Positions 27,524 to 42,848 of a DNA stretch of 64,000 bases are shown piece after piece (the first letter of the stretch is position 1; each line of letters begins with the position of its first letter). Under the pieces are notes generated by a model. The model had not been told where the DNA came from. It did not search any database and saw nothing but the letters and a program-made list of their open reading frames with translations. Source of the DNA: Eledone cirrhosa (lineage: Eukaryota); the NCBI GenBank assembly GCA_964016885.1, contig OZ024741.1, positions 239,382,001-239,446,000 on the forward strand, in the 5' to 3' direction. A program made the translations under genes and the position numbers.

Positions 27524-27890
27524 CTGCTGTAAAATAAAGTTACATTACGTGTAAAAAGAAATCAAGTTTCACTATGTACCTAAAATACAATAAATTTCTA
27601 GATATTGACAGGTAAATTTACACTGTTGAACCATTATCTACAAAATTATTGATTATATAGATCCTTGTTATCTTACTATTGTCTATCATACCATAAATAA
27701 TCTAACTATTACATGTTAGCCAAAATCTGACATAATCATCAGTTTTAATGTCAGCTTCTTACTTGAATGGCCAAAACATAGCATTCATAACCATCTGTCA
27801 ATCCTGTTTCCTGGTGCGTATGCAGTTAATCTAGCTTGTGTGTCTACCAGAATAATAATAGGTAAACAAGCAGCTAGTTGATTTCCTTAA

Positions 27891-28110
27891 CCCTTTAGCA
27901 TTTAAACCAGCCATGGCTGGCCAGAATTCTCTCACCCTTTTCTCTTCAAACCAGCTGTAACTGGCTACTCATACTTATGTTAAGGTATTGTTCTCAAAAT
28001 AATTAATATCAAAATCTCATAGATTCGATAATAAGTGAGATAATTATGTGAGGTATACCTTTCCTGAGAAATTATAATAGTACATATAGAGTAATGTAAA
28101 TGTTAAAGGG
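27891..28110. mobile_element. piggyBac-type MITE (220 bp)
   Basis: TIRs CCCTTTAGCATTTA / TAAATGTTAAAGGG, TTAA duplication; the gene B intron (~15671) shows the empty single-TTAA site. Confidence 0.85.
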
Positions 28111-28839
28111 TTAAGTTAAAGTTTCAAATAGTTACGTCATTGGAATAACAGAATTTTAGGAATCTTGATATTTCATTCTTCCTCAATCTATACTTAACAT
28201 ATTCATGAAGGGGCATGTTTGTTTTCTTTGCTTGAGGCTCTAGTTCTTCCCACGTCTTCCATACAGCACACACACACTCTTCTCTACTCCATATTGTCCA
28301 CAATTTTACCAGCACTACATTGCACGGGGCTGATGTGGGATGTGGTTGCTCAAAATTTGCTACCTGACATATAGCAAACAAATATCTTATACCTCACTCT
28401 GAACAAGAGAAGTGTACATGGTTTAGACCTTCTTTTACTGGTTTATATTATGCGTGAACTTGTAGTGCGAGCAAGCAGGCAATTTGGCAGGTTTTCTAGA
28501 GACATCCGAATTGTACAGAATAAATGGTTCCACAAAGTTAGTTGAGACCCCAGTAACATATGGTAAACATACAGACAAAAAAAAATAGATATCCATAAAC
28601 TTCAAGGAGGTGTTGTAATAGATTCATTTACCAAGTAACTTTTTGGTAAAGCAAGCAGCAATAAATGTTGGATTACCTCACATTTGAAAACTACACAGAA
28701 TACATTTTCATCTCCACATCATAATGCTATTATTTCAACCAGATAGTCTACACTGGAAACCATTAATCAAATTGTGAAATCTAAAAAATTCAGATTTATC
28801 ATTCTAAATTAAAGATGGAAAATATATAGTAGACTTTAC

Positions 28840-31194
28840 CTTTGTGGATTTTTGGAGAGATCTGTTCATTGTTGATGTCTTCCAGTCTTCAGGATAGTAA
28901 TGACTTCTAGACTGACTATATCTGTCTGATATCTCTCCTCGATTACCTGACATCACAGATACACTGTTGTTACCTTGATAGATTAACTGTCTCATCTCAT
29001 TACGACATTGGTATGCCTGTTTCTCGTCTGCTGTTCTAGCTGAGTTATTTCTCACATTGTTACATCTCACAATACACAATGTTATAGAAACCACAATAGC
29101 TATAGATACTATCACAGCTGCTACTACAATGATAATTAACAATGTTGCATCTATTGTGTTATCAGTTGGTACATGGACAGCTGTGAACATTGGTGATGTC
29201 TTGTTACTAACAGTCAGTGTTAAAGAGACACTAGTTGTTGCTGACAGAACTGGAGTACCACTGTCTTTCACAACAAACTCCAGTTGATATGATCCGGCAT
29301 CATTTTGGTAAACTGTGCGAGAGTAAGATAAGACACCAGTGAATGAGTCCAGTTTAAATAACTGTCTCTCATTACCTGAAAGGATTTCATACCTGAGAAA
29401 AGCATTCATGTGACTGTCTATATCAGAGGCTTTCAGAAGTGTGATGTCATTCTTACTTTGTGGATGATAATGGACATCAAGAGTGAAAGGGTCAACACTA
29501 GGAAATGTAAAATATGGAGCATTATCATTTTTATCTAATACTTCCACTTCAACATTCACTGTGTTATTTAGAGATGGTGTTCCATTGTCTTTGACTAAAA
29601 CCTCAAAGTCATAGAAATCTCTGTGTTCTCTGTCTAAAGATTGGTTTGTTGAAATAAAGCCAGAGTTGATAATCTGGAATGGTAGATGATATTGGTGTTT
29701 ATTTCTCAGATGATAACTTAATTCACCTCCCTTACCAGCATCTGGGTCTGTAGCATTGATAAAACCAATAGGGAAATTAGCTTTGTCATTCTCATAGGTA
29801 AGGAACTTGAATGTATCTTTGGTAAAGTGTGGTTTTACATCATTCACATCTAACACTTGTATTGAGAGATCTTTATCAGTTTTGAGAGGAGGTAATCCTT
29901 TATCTTGACAGGAGACAGTGAAGTGATAATGTTCCTGTGTCTCTCTGTCTACTGCTTTCTTTAGAACTATTTTATATTCTTTAGATCCCATTGACTGTAG
30001 TTTGAATGTATCATGTTTGATATGACAGCTGACCTCTCCATTGTGTCCAACATCATTGTCAGTGACCATCACATAAGCAATGAAACTACCAACTTTGATA
30101 TCTTCCAGAACGGTAGCTGTGTTGTGATTTGGTGTAGAAATAAAGTTGACATCAATATTTGGAGGATTGTTCTGTTGGTTGATAACATTTATCATAACAA
30201 TTGCTAAGGAACTAAGAGGAGGAATTCCATTATCTTTGACCTTCACATACAATTTATATGATTGTTTTTTATCAAGATTTAAAGGCTTTTGTAAGTATAT
30301 TCTCCCAGTAGTTTCATTTAAAAGAAAATAATTTCTTATTTTCATCTCTGTTTTCTGACTAAAATAGAAAGATATTTTGCCATTCCTACCAATATCTAAA
30401 TCATTGGCAGATAATGTCACTACTGGAATATTTTTCTTATGGTCATGTTCCATAGAGACATTGTAGATACTTTGAGAAAATTGTGGTTTGTTATCATTTT
30501 CATCTTCTACAGATATTTTCACATTTAAAATACTTTGTTTTGGTGGAGTTCCTCCATCTTTAGCAATGACTTCAATATTGTAGCTGTCTTTTTTTTCTCT
30601 GTCTAATTTCTTTTCTAAAATAACACCTAATGTTGAAATTCCATCAGCTTCTTTGGAAACACTTAATGAAAAATGTTCATCATCATCTTTCAGTTCATAT
30701 TTAATTAAGCTGTTCTGATATCCTTTATCTTTATCTATGGCATTAGGAATCGTTTTCTTCATACCATCTCGATCTCCTTCCCCAAACATAAGAGTGATGT
30801 CTTTCTCAGGAAACTCAGGTTGGTGGTCATTGATGTCTTCTATTATGATTTTAATTTTTAAAATCTTCATAAATGTCTTGGATTTGTGAACAGCAACTTT
30901 CACTATTTCAAAACATTCTTTCTCATAACTACACACAGACTCAGCATCCAATGTCTGAACAGTGTACAGTTTACCTGTTTTTGTCACATTGAACAATTGT
31001 TCTCCCTTTTGTTGTAGTTGACTAAATGTAATTAAATCCTTATTCTTTAAGAAGGAGCTATCTGATGTCTGTAAGTCAGTAGCAATGTCCCCTACATAAA
31101 TATAGGGATTACTCTCTTCTTTAACATGATATGTGATATGTTCACTTAGATAACAGTTGAAGAAAGTCAGTAAAATACACAGAAATAACAACAT
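28840..31194 (-). CDS. Pcdh: Protocadherin C, large exon (785 codons)
   Basis: 6 EC + TM ORF; donor AAG|GTAAAG; acceptor at 31252. Confidence 0.96.
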
Positions 31195-32525
31195 CTCTGG
31201 TCTTGATGTTAATACAGTATCCTGGAAAAATTACAGCTTCACATATTCAATCTGAAAGACACATAGATTTAGTATATTAATAAGTGTGTTGAGTGCTGTA
31301 AATCATATACTGCACTTTTCAAAATATATGACAGACTCACCCTGATTTTGTACAAAAAGGTAATTTAGGAAAACAATAAACGTATACCTGTGCATATACA
31401 TTTCCTATTCATTGTATACATACATATTATTACAATATTTATATCTGCAGTTAATAGCATGCAGTCAGATTTCGTTAGAAAAGTTTTGGGTATAATTGTG
31501 TGTTATACAATGAAATATACTATTTTCTGTCATGTATTATTTTTCTACAAGACAAAAAATTGTGTAATAACTCAACAAATGTGATATCACAATTACTTAT
31601 GAAGAGCAAATCTATGATATTTAATATGACATTTAAGTAGACTACATATCTTGTATGGAAAAGAGAAATGTTTCATGTTACTGCATTTACATCAATAGCA
31701 GCAAGTTTTACAAAAATTAGGATATTTACATTTTAGTTTATATCACCCTGTAATGTGATCATGCTTGTGCCACAATGAAATGCACTCAGTCAACCCTGTA
31801 AGGTGCTGGTGCCATGACAAAAAGCATGCAGTTCATTCTGTATGGTATTAGTGCTGAGATCATGATAAAAAGTTTCGAGTACATGCTGTAAAATGACTGA
31901 CATTAGGAAGAGCATCCAGCTATAGGAACCAAGCCAACAGCAGAGTATACAAACAGGATGCTGTCACCAGGCCAGCCTTGCCTCAGAACATGACAATTTA
32001 TGTAACCCATACAAGCATGAAAAATAGACATTAAATTCTGATGAAGATGAACATTTTATGGCAGTAGAGTTTATTATAACTTTTGGAGTAAAAGCAGCAC
32101 CTATTTTCAGTTAAACAGTTCTGAAGTAAACTCACCATTAAACTCACCATTATTAAACTCACCTTAGATCAATCACTTTGTAACAACTAAATATGAGAGA
32201 TCAATGTTTGAGTAAGATGGTAGCTGAATCATAGATTTAGATTCATTTTTATCAAATATTTGATTAACCTACAGCATGATATATTTGTATTTGACATGGG
32301 AATTTAAAATAGATTATATCCAATAACTACGTGATTTTCATGGAAAATATCAAGGCAAAAATGATTAAAAGACTCAATCCATAACCCAGTTTAACACTCC
32401 CACATAGCCCTCCGTGAGCCTTTAACGTAGTGCATTCAGTTACAAGTGTTCGGATCAAATACCCCCCCCCCCCCCCCTCACCCATTTCTGACTAAAGAAA
32501 AAGAGAAAAAAATTCATTAGGAAGA

Positions 32526-32540
32526 TTTGAATTATCTCCC
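32526..32540 (-). promoter_or_regulatory. Conserved upstream motif (gene C copy)
   Basis: TTTGAATTATCTCCC in flanks otherwise diverged from A/B/D. Confidence 0.6.
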
Positions 32541-32802
32541 CCTAGATATAAACTTCACCCTGTACAGAAATTACATAATGTTTAACAAGGTTTTACATAC
32601 TGTAAACATCTTGTATCACAACTAAAGTATTAACCAGAAATAGTAATAAACATTTCTCATATTAAACATTGTTTCTACTTTAGGCACAAGGCCAGCAATT
32701 ATCCAGTGCATTACTGGTACTTTATTTTATCGACCCCGTAAGGATGAAAGGTAAAGTCAACCTCGGCGGGATTTGAACTCGGATCGTATTAAACATTAAT
32801 AA

Positions 32803-32847
<45 letters not shown>

Positions 32848-33029
32848 CTTGAATTATTATTACTCCAAGTATAAACTACATAGAAATCACCGCGAAGCCG
32901 CAGCAGCATCACTATGGAAACGTCTTGTTGAGTCAAACTAAGCCACACGTTAATACTATCCACTACACGAACTACTCCAACTGGACTACATCTAAGTGGA
33001 CTGCCATAACGATAACCTGTTATCCCGTG

Positions 33030-33067
<38 letters not shown>

Positions 33068-33229
33068 TAGATAGATAGATAAATGTAATCTGAGTTTTTC
33101 GAATATTAATAATATTCGATTCGTTTGCAACTATGCAAACAAGCCTTATTTTTAAAGCCATGTCAGTAGAATGAGGCCCTCATTCTTGCTCTTATGTTGG
33201 CATGTAATAGATCGATAGATAGATAGATA

Positions 33230-33261
<32 letters not shown>

Positions 33262-33265
<4 letters not shown>

Positions 33266-33896
33266 GTGTAACAGTAATATACGTGAACGACAAAGCATAA
33301 ATGAATTGAGAGAGAGACTGAGCATAAGAGGAATCAAATGCTGTGTGCAGGAGAGGCGGTTACGCTGGTATGGACATGTGATGCGTATGAAGGATGACAG
33401 CTGCATAAAAAGGTGCAGAGCACTAGAAGTTGATGGAAACCGCGGAGTGGGGAGACCCAAGATGACCTGGGATGAGGGGATAAAAGCCGACCTTACCCAA
33501 CTACACCTCTCAAAGTCAATGACACACGACCGTGACTTCTGGCGTCACGCAGTAATACAGGGTACCCGACCTCCCATGGGTACATGCTGAAGCATATAAA
33601 CAATATGCCCCCCCCCCCCCACCGCAAGGTGGTCGTGGAGGTGCCACGGCAAAAAAGCACCCAGCCCACACTGTAAAGTGGACGTGTAGGCGCCACGAAA
33701 AAGCACCCAGCACTCACTGTAAATGAGGTTGGTGTTAGGAAGGGCATCCAGCTGTAGAAATCAAGCCAGATCAGTTCCTGTATGAGCAAGGCATGGTCAG
33801 CCGACCAGACACTGCCCACAACAGGACAACCCGTCTAACCCATGCTAGCGTGGAAGAACGGACGTAAAACGGTGATGATGATGATGATGATGATGA
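33262..33896 (+). mobile_element. RTE LINE 3' fragment, same family as 19160-21063
   Basis: RRLRWYGHVMRM..GRPKMTW; tail CCATGCTAGCGTGGAA..GGACGT(GAT)n; related fragments at ~53850-54205 and ~61200-61835. Confidence 0.85.
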
Positions 33897-36448
33897 TACA
33901 CACACACATGTATGTATACATGTAAATCCTGAGTAAAATCTGAGGTGGGGGGATAACCACAGTTTAAAAAGGTACTCAATACATTGGTAGAGTGTAAACA
34001 TCATTATTTAATAAAAGAAATGGTTTCTATGGGACTAGACTGCTGATTTTATATGAATGAAACAGTTCTATTCCTATAGAAGCCATTTCTATATTAAATA
34101 ATGCATCATCATCATCATCATCATTTAACGTCTGCTTTCCCTGCTATATATACTGTTAATATCTTTAGATTGATATTCTAAACTGATGAACATTTGATAT
34201 TTTAACATTTTCTGTTCAATAAGTTTATACCCGTAAATATCGTTCATTACTTGATTCCCCTAACTTGCAAACTTATAAAAAACAAATTTATTATGAAATT
34301 AGTATTAAACAAGATATGAAGAACACCTTTTTATGAAAGCCTTTCAATTACATTAAATTGAATCCATATTTAGCTAAATACTTTAATTTTAACATATAAA
34401 CAGAATACAGTATATTTTGTAATAAATAGCAAATAATCTCAAACAAAACCACCTAATGCATGATATCTTACACTGATTGTGTAACTAGATAATTTACATT
34501 TAATTGCTCCTTACAATTGAAAATAGTGATAACATTTGATAAAACATCTAATACACATTCTAAATTAAGTTTGTATAATAATGACTTCTTCATCATGATC
34601 CTGAAATACCTATCAAATATTCAGTGCCAACATTATTAGTGATAGAGTTATTGGGTTTTCTAAGATCTTCTTGATTATTGTTGTTTAGCACTGTAAGGTC
34701 TTATCGAGCAGACATATGCAGAAAAGAATTCCAACCATGACTAACCCATCCTTTATCTGTATAGAGACCTACTTGGTATCACAAAGGATGTGTGTGTGTG
34801 TGTAAATATATAGAAGGCCAGAACTATTACATAAATATTTCCTTGTGGAGCTTTAATGACAGATTCCTCATTACTTAGTAAATTTGAGATATTTCAAAAA
34901 TATCAGAAATTATTGAAATATTATAAATCTATTGAGACAAATATGATCAAAGTAAGTTAGTAATAACAAAGGGTTGCATTTGTAAATATAATCTTCGAAA
35001 TAGAACCAATAAGATGTATTGTGTATATTTAACATAAAGTGATAGTTATCAATATATGTATAGATAGAAATAAAAATGTTCACATTCTCACAAATTGTCT
35101 GTGCATGTGTATGTGCATGCACACACACACAAACACAGGCAAGAATACCATTACGAAAACACAGATGTTTTATTATCAATTTCATATTGCTGAATAATAT
35201 TTACATACAAACCATATTGCTGTATATATGTCAAAAGTATTCTTGTTCTATAATTAGTATATACTAAGATCATACAATCTGAATAATTCAGTAAAAATGT
35301 ATAATGATGAATTTTGTTAAAATAATAAATATTGAAAATACATCAAAGATGACAGCAAATATTTTCAGAAGTATGTTATATAAAACTACAATTCAACATA
35401 TATTCCTCTCCCTCACTGTTTCCTACAAAATACTTGATTGCCATGTTGGTAAAGAAGCCATTCAATGAGAACTAACACAGATCTAATATGGCCACCATTA
35501 CAATATTATATTTTGATATTATAATATAGCTATATATGAGGTTATTATTTTACATGACTGGATAAATAATATAGAATAATAAAACTTACATTCATTGTGT
35601 AAAATCCTTTGTTATAAACTGTGAGTTCGTCCCAATGTTCTGTTGTTAATGGTTGTCTGTGTCACTGCTGCTATGGTGTGACAATGGCTTCATGTTGATG
35701 GAATAGTGTTGGTAGTGAGTCAGTGGGAACCAGCAGTTCTTCTCAATCTTCTATGTATGTGTTATGTTTACTGAGTGTGAGTGTGTGCGAGTGTGTGTGA
35801 GAGAGGTGAGGGAGGGTGATGCTTACTCCAGCCTCACTCAGGCAAGATGTGTTTCCCCTCACAGAGAAGAGGGAGAGAGAGAGAAGACACAATATCAGCT
35901 CCACTAACAGTCAGCCATAATATGTCTATATAATACCAACATGTCTGATGTAGAGAGACTGACATAGAAATAATTAGAGAGGTTATATTAACAAAATATG
36001 GCTGATGTTGTTAATGTGTGCATTATATAAAACATGTTTAAAATATTGACAATATTAGTTAGTGTGTGTCTGACCTAATTATAATCTAACTCTTGTATTC
36101 AGGATATATTTAGGAAAATTTACAGATGTTATGTTAACTAACTAAAACATTTTTTTTAAATGTTAACATTTAAAATATAATATAGTTATTATATATTTGT
36201 ACAATAATTTAATTTACATTTTCAAATTTGAATTGTATTTCCCTGGGTGTAAAGTCTATTATGATAGAGGAATTTCCCCACTATCATAATTCCATTATAA
36301 ATTCCATCTAACACATGCCAGTATGGTAAAGCAGACATATGATGATGATGATGATAAATATTATCAACTAACTAATATATTTTTGTAGTTTTGATTATTG
36401 TGTTAATGTTTGAAGGTGATATTCTTGCTGTTAACTTCTCAGTCTGAC

Positions 36449-36567
36449 TTAACTAGCAACAACATCTGGTGTTGAAGGTAACTGTCTCTCTGGAGGTTTC
36501 ACATATCTGTCTTGGTAATGGTCTCTCTCATTGTTGCTTGACACATCAGGTGGGGCACCATAGATTC
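36449..36567 (-). CDS. Pcdh: Protocadherin D, last coding exon
   Basis: Paralogous 119-nt coding segment ending DVVAS*. Confidence 0.85.
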
Positions 36568-36840
36568 CTGAAACAAGTACATCAACTCAACATACTACAT
36601 AGTCCACATAGATAAAGATTAGGTAATTGCTGACATTAGTTATCAATATCTTGACCACAACATTCACTGGACTAAGATATAAAAGAACAATTATTAAAGG
36701 AATTATGTTCTATCATCAATTAGATGCTAAGAATTCATAATCAGAGCAGGGATCCCAAATAAATATAAGTCAATTAATGATAATTTATGTTGGAAAAATT
36801 TATCAAAACCTAAATTATATCCAATATGTTTTAATTGCCA

Positions 36841-37449
36841 AAATGTGATCATATAACTCAAGACAAGGTCTGAATAAATCTTGATAATAATAATAATAAT
36901 TTCTCATCTCAGAAATTAAGAGATATCTGAAGTGCTGTAAGCAACAAGCTAAGGAGAGAGTCTCCACATGACCTGCTACAAATCACCTTCACCCATCTTA
37001 AAAAGGAAAGACTCATTAGATAATGTACTCTTAAATATAATATATTCTTAATAATATCTTTGTTATAGTGCTATCCCATGAATGGTAGGATATATTTTTT
37101 TAAATAGGAAATTAGTTATCATTTACAGGAATCCATCACATTAATATAGAGACATGCAATGTATACTAAGCATAAAAAATATGAATTTATCTAAATATTT
37201 TTGTATTTATTACTTTAAAAAATATTTATAAAAGATTCATAAAGATCATGAATTTAAGACTACATTATCTAATGTCTTTCCTTAAGATGGTTGAATGTAA
37301 TTTGAGGAAAATGTAGCAGGTCATGTAACTATGTAGAGACTCTCTCCTTGGCTTGTTACTTACAGTTATCTCTTAATTTCTGAGATGAGAAATTATCATT
37401 ATTATAAAGATTTATTCAGACGTCATCTTGGGTAATATAATCACATTTC
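36841..37449. repeat. Imperfect inverted repeat, ~195-bp arms (36841-37036 / 37252-37449)
   Basis: e.g. ATAATTTCTCATCTCAGAAATTAAGAGATA and its reverse complement. Confidence 0.8.
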
Positions 37450-40289
37450 AGCTGTCGTATGCTCTAGCCTCCATGAAGAGTGTTGTATTCAATAATGTCC
37501 AAGGAATTTTGAATCAAACTCTTTATTCAAACCATGGGGTTAGATTGATTTTATTCAGTGGTCCATGCTTGGGATATCCTCATATTAATAATTAGTTACA
37601 TGTGATACCATTTAACCTCTCCTAGATTCACTGTACCATTATTGATTGAATTCACATCCACCAGGTAAACTGTAACATTTAACACTTAATGTTTATATTG
37701 AATGTTATTATCCTCTACAATAATTAAGTGATGTAAATTAAGAGCATTAATCCTTTTTTTTTTATAACTCATAAGTGGTGACCCCAAAAAGATTATCAGG
37801 ATTAGAAAAACCCTTCATAACCTCAGCTTCTAAGACAAGAAATATAAAGATCGAGTGTTAGTAAAAAAATTACCATGCTCTATCTTTCTTACTGAATGTA
37901 AAAAACAAAATTTAGATAATCTGTGGTCCAAATGTTTGGACAGTACTCAAAAGGGACATTTCTTTCAAACAAAACCTTCATGAGAAAAGATCATTATCAA
38001 AGTGATAGGGAATGTAAAAATTAGACTAACTGCCACCTAAAATTAAGATTAAAGGAACATCATAAAGACATTGGTAATTTGTAAAGAGAAAAGGGGAGTT
38101 ACTAACTCTGATAGAACAAAGTCAAGATAATAGATGATTGAAAGAATCAGTACAGAAACTAGATTCTGGTAGTTTTTTTAGTTGCCTTTCATTAAGAAAT
38201 AATATTAAGCCTAAAAAAAATGCTCTTAATTTCCATCACCTAATTATCCTAGAGGACAATAGTGAATATAAGAATTAAATAAGTGTTAAGTGTTGATTAA
38301 GGGTTAAGCATAATATCAGTCCTTGGGTTAGTGAATCTATATATATTCTAGTTTAATCTTTTTGATACCAAATTGTTCCTGGCTCTATGACACAAAACTG
38401 TTTATTTTAAAGCGTTCATATTCATATTAAAACCTATCACAATTTTTTAAAAGAACTTTTTGTTAATTAATGTTCCAAAGATCAACATACTAATTAAAAT
38501 GTTAATTAAATTCCTCCAAATTTTGTAGCATTTTCCAAATTGATTGAAACAAGTTGACAGTGTATTCCATTATGAATATGGTAACAAAAGGATTAAGCAG
38601 AACCAGCAAGCAGCATCGCAACTATGAGAATAATTAATTTGAAAATATCCCTAGTGTTGACAATAGAATGAAAACAATCTGTCTCCTTGGTTTGAAAAGA
38701 CAGTTCAGTGTGAAAAATTTCAAGAATATTTACCAAATACAACAGACAGAACCAATATGAAGAATCTAGTCCAATAATACATTGTTCTGAAAGATATTCC
38801 TAATTTCTTTCAAAGTTTGATATACAGAACATTCATGTTCACCATCATCACCATTTAACGCCTATTTTCCATGCCCAAATAGGTTAAAAATGTAGTCACA
38901 TTATGAGACCAATCAGATCAGATGACCACATCTTCCTCATATGTTCCATTTTTGGCTTGGTTATCTATGGCTTGATGTCTATCTCAACACCAACCAGAAT
39001 AAAGGGGAGAATGGGTGCTTTTTGTTGTGGCACCAGTGTGATCACCTATATAGTGGACTAGGTGCCTTTTGCTTGGTCACCAGTATAAACACCTATTCCT
39101 CAGTAAAAACCAAGTTCAATTACAATCATAAACCTATGTTCATCAATAGAGGACAAGTGATACATTTCTAAGTCGGAAATGATGAGGTTATCATCTAAAA
39201 CGAATCATCACATTATTAATAAATACAAGTAGCTCCTAAACTGTTATATATAGATACAGCCTTATCATCTGACTACATCATTTTAAGTGTCCTTCATCAC
39301 CATTTTACATACTTTTCCCATGCTGGCATAGGGCAAATGAGTTTGTCACATTCTGAGATGCTGACCGATCAAATGACCATGTCTTGCTCATACCTTTCAT
39401 TTTGGCATGGTTTCAATGGCTGGCTATCCATCCTAACACGAATCCCTTTATAGCATATACCGGATGCATTTTATTGTGACACTAGTGCTAGCACTTATAG
39501 GATGGACTGAGTGCCTTTTATTGTGGCACAATCACCAGCACTTTACAGCATGTACTGGATGCATTTTATCAAGACACCATCACTAGTACTTTACAGCATG
39601 GTGATGTAATTTGAGGAAGATGTAGTTGCTATTTCTTGGAAATAGATTCCTTTCTTAGCTCTTCTTGATTTCTTTCAACATTTTATTGAAATCTTCTGAC
39701 ATACAGAATATTCCCCTTCTTCAATAAAAAAAATTAAAAAAACTTCCATTGTTTATCCATTCCATTTCAAACTGAGTGGGTCCAAATAATATAAAATCCT
39801 GAAAGGGATTTGCTGCCATTTCCATTCAGGCAATATATTATTGGATATAAAAAAATTATTGGATATAAATAGTTATGGAAAATGTAAATCTTTCCTTAAT
39901 GCTTGGGACAGTTATTTTTAAAATATACTGTAACAATCACATGGTGTTATTTCACATTTTACACTACACTCAAGGTGGTAAATTGTCAGAGTCATTAGAA
40001 CATGGAACAGAATGCTTTGCAGTATTCCTTCCAGTTCAACACTATCATCATTCATCATTTCAGTTTACGTCCGCTTTTTCCCTGCTTGCAAGGGTGGGAC
40101 GGGAACTGATTCAGGCTTGATTTTTACAGCTGGATGCCCTTCCTAACACCAACCTCATTTACAGTGAGTGCTGGGTGCTTTTTTTCCGTGGCGCCTACAC
40201 ATCCACTTTACAGTGTGGGCTGGGTGCTTTTTTGCCGTGGCACCTCCACGATCACTTTGCAGTGGAATGATAGGGACCCCAGTCCCTAT

Positions 40290-40437
40290 CATCTCATTTC
40301 TACAGCTGAGTAAACTGGAGCAATGTGAAATAAAGTGTCTTGCTCAAGGAAACAACACATCACCCGGTTTGAGAATTGAACTCACAACCTTTCGATTGCA
40401 AGGCCAATGCTCTAACCACTAAGCCATGTGCCTCCAC
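40290..40437 (-). mobile_element. tRNA-derived SINE 5' part (CORE/V-like central domain)
   Basis: Minus strand A-box TGGCTTAGTGG, B-box GAGTTCAATTC, then TCCTTGAGCAAGACACTT; related piece at ~40940-41195. Confidence 0.7.
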
Positions 40438-41375
40438 TATCTGGCTAGAAATCCTGTGGAGGTCAACAGTGCCTTTCAAAGAGATATGGTACTTTTTTTT
40501 TTTATTGACCTCAAATGGTCAATAAAAAAAAAGTACCATATCTCTTTCCCACTTCCTCTCTCTCCTTCTGTGGAAGAAATCAGTTGTGGTCACACCTGTA
40601 GAGAGGAAGCTCTCCACCAGTTTAAAAGTACCCAAGACATGCTGTATATCACAATGGCACAGCAGTTCCATATTTTACATTTCAGGAAGAATCTGTTATA
40701 TAATATTCATTCACAAGAATCTGTTATATAATATACAGAACCTATAAACTTGTAAATCACACACACATGATTAAATCATTTTCCTTTATTTTAGAAACGA
40801 GTGAAATAGTCTCTCAAAATAGTTTTAGATGAGACAGGGAGATTTGCGTGTATAGAGTACTTGGTTAAGACACCATGGCATATTTTCTAAATGACAAATG
40901 ATTTCTATATAATTCACTGTCCTGTAATATATCACAGTATGATATATACTTACAGGGCCTCCATTGGTTCTGACAACGCATGTCTCACTTATTTGAACAG
41001 AACAGTCTGCTTGTGAAATTAATGTGCATGTGGCTGAGCATGCCACAGACACATGCACCCATAACATAGTTCGGAGGGAGGTTTAGCATGACACAGTGTG
41101 TGACAAGGCTGGCTCTTTGAACAATAGATACAACTCATTTCTGCTAGCTGAGTGGACTGGAACAATGTGAAATAACATGTCTTGATTAAAGAGCTGAACA
41201 CCCTATAAACTATTATATCAGTGTAAGAATATAAGATATCAGCTAACTTATCGTAACAGTGATTAATGAAGGAATACTGATAGAAATAAGGATTGTTTGT
41301 GAGATTATTGAAATTAGACTTTCTGAAAATTATGTTATAATAAAATACAAAAATGAATGAATAAAATTGTTTTAC

Positions 41376-41526
41376 CTGACATTGCTGGTATTTCTTCATA
41401 CTGTCTACTTGACCTTTCACTCCAGCACTGTCCACTACTTTTACGACTGGTCAATGTATCAGTAGGATAGTTAGAAGATGGTCTGTTGTCTCCATAAGAT
41501 GTCACCTCTATAGGTTGACTGTATTT
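41376..41526 (-). CDS. Pcdh: Protocadherin D, cytoplasmic exon 2
   Basis: 151-nt paralogous exon; CAACAG acceptor. Confidence 0.88.
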
Positions 41527-42848
41527 CTGTTGTAAAATATAGTTACAATATAGATAGAGTGTAAAGATAATATTAATGACTATAATAAATTATATATGAT
41601 ATTAAATATATCGCTTCCTGTTTGGTGGAATTAGGAATTTTATCATAGTTTTACATGTTCACTCATAATTTGTAAAACAGACGCTTGTGTATTATGTTAA
41701 ATTATTAGAATATGACATACAAAGAATGGTTTGCTGCTGTTAACTGAAACATTGTTTCACAAAACTTTCTCAAATTGATCATTTAACCAGTGCAGCCTCA
41801 GTCCTGATTTGGTTGGGGACATTGATCATGCTCATGTTGAAGAATGATGGTAAATATCTTGGCTACCATATCTGCTAAAACGAAATGGCACCTATCACCC
41901 TTCTTCAAGAAAGGGAGGACTGCATCACTCTAGTGTTGTGGACAACATTCCATGTCCCACATGTGTGTGATCACACAATGCAGCAAGGTGGCTGAGATGT
42001 CGGAACAGTTCTGGAAGATTTCAACAGATAACTCGTCTTCACCTGCAAGCTTGTTTGAATAGCTTCACACATTACCTTAATAGATTCTAACAATCTTAAT
42101 TAATAGACATGACAATACTAGTAAGCACCAAGTCCTTAAAACATTTCATATAAAATTGCTTAAATATATTTTACTCCTATCTACCCTCTCTCACATAACT
42201 GAGTGATAGTTATCAACACAAAAATTGGGGTACCTCAGCCCTGCATCTTATGAATCTCCATCTAAACAATGAGCTGCTAGTAGTCACTTTCGCTCCCTAG
42301 AAGTACATATCCACAAATCGAATACATGTTCTCACTTTCTCTCCTTCTCGTTTTGGCAAGCAAGATGTAGCAATTATTACTATTCAGGCCACAGTGCCAC
42401 TTTCATCATGCTTCCATCTCACCAACTCTACTCCCATCAAGAGTCAGTCTCTTTCACTGCCTGGCAAAAGACACAACAATCACTCAAGTGATGATGCGAC
42501 AATAAGATGCATCCAAATCACACTGTAAAGTGATAGTACTAGCACTTCGATATAATTTATCTAAAACATTCTGTCAAGTGATTAGCATTAAGAACAACAT
42601 GCAGCCATAGATACCATGTCAAAATAAAACATCAGCAAGGCATGATCATTTACCCTGACAAATCACAGAACATGATAACACATGTGAGCATGGAAAATAG
42701 ATATGAAATAGTGAGGATGATGACTATGTTATTCTCATATTTAACAACATTAACATATTGTCCACTATTCAAATATGTATTTTTGTCATTTTTATTTAAA
42801 CATTCTTTATACATTATCTATACAGATAGAAAATATAAAATAGTTTAC

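Noticed and set aside
32126-32165. Three tandem GGTGAGTTT donor-like sequences upstream of gene C
   Set aside because: Local short tandem duplication not seen in the other units.
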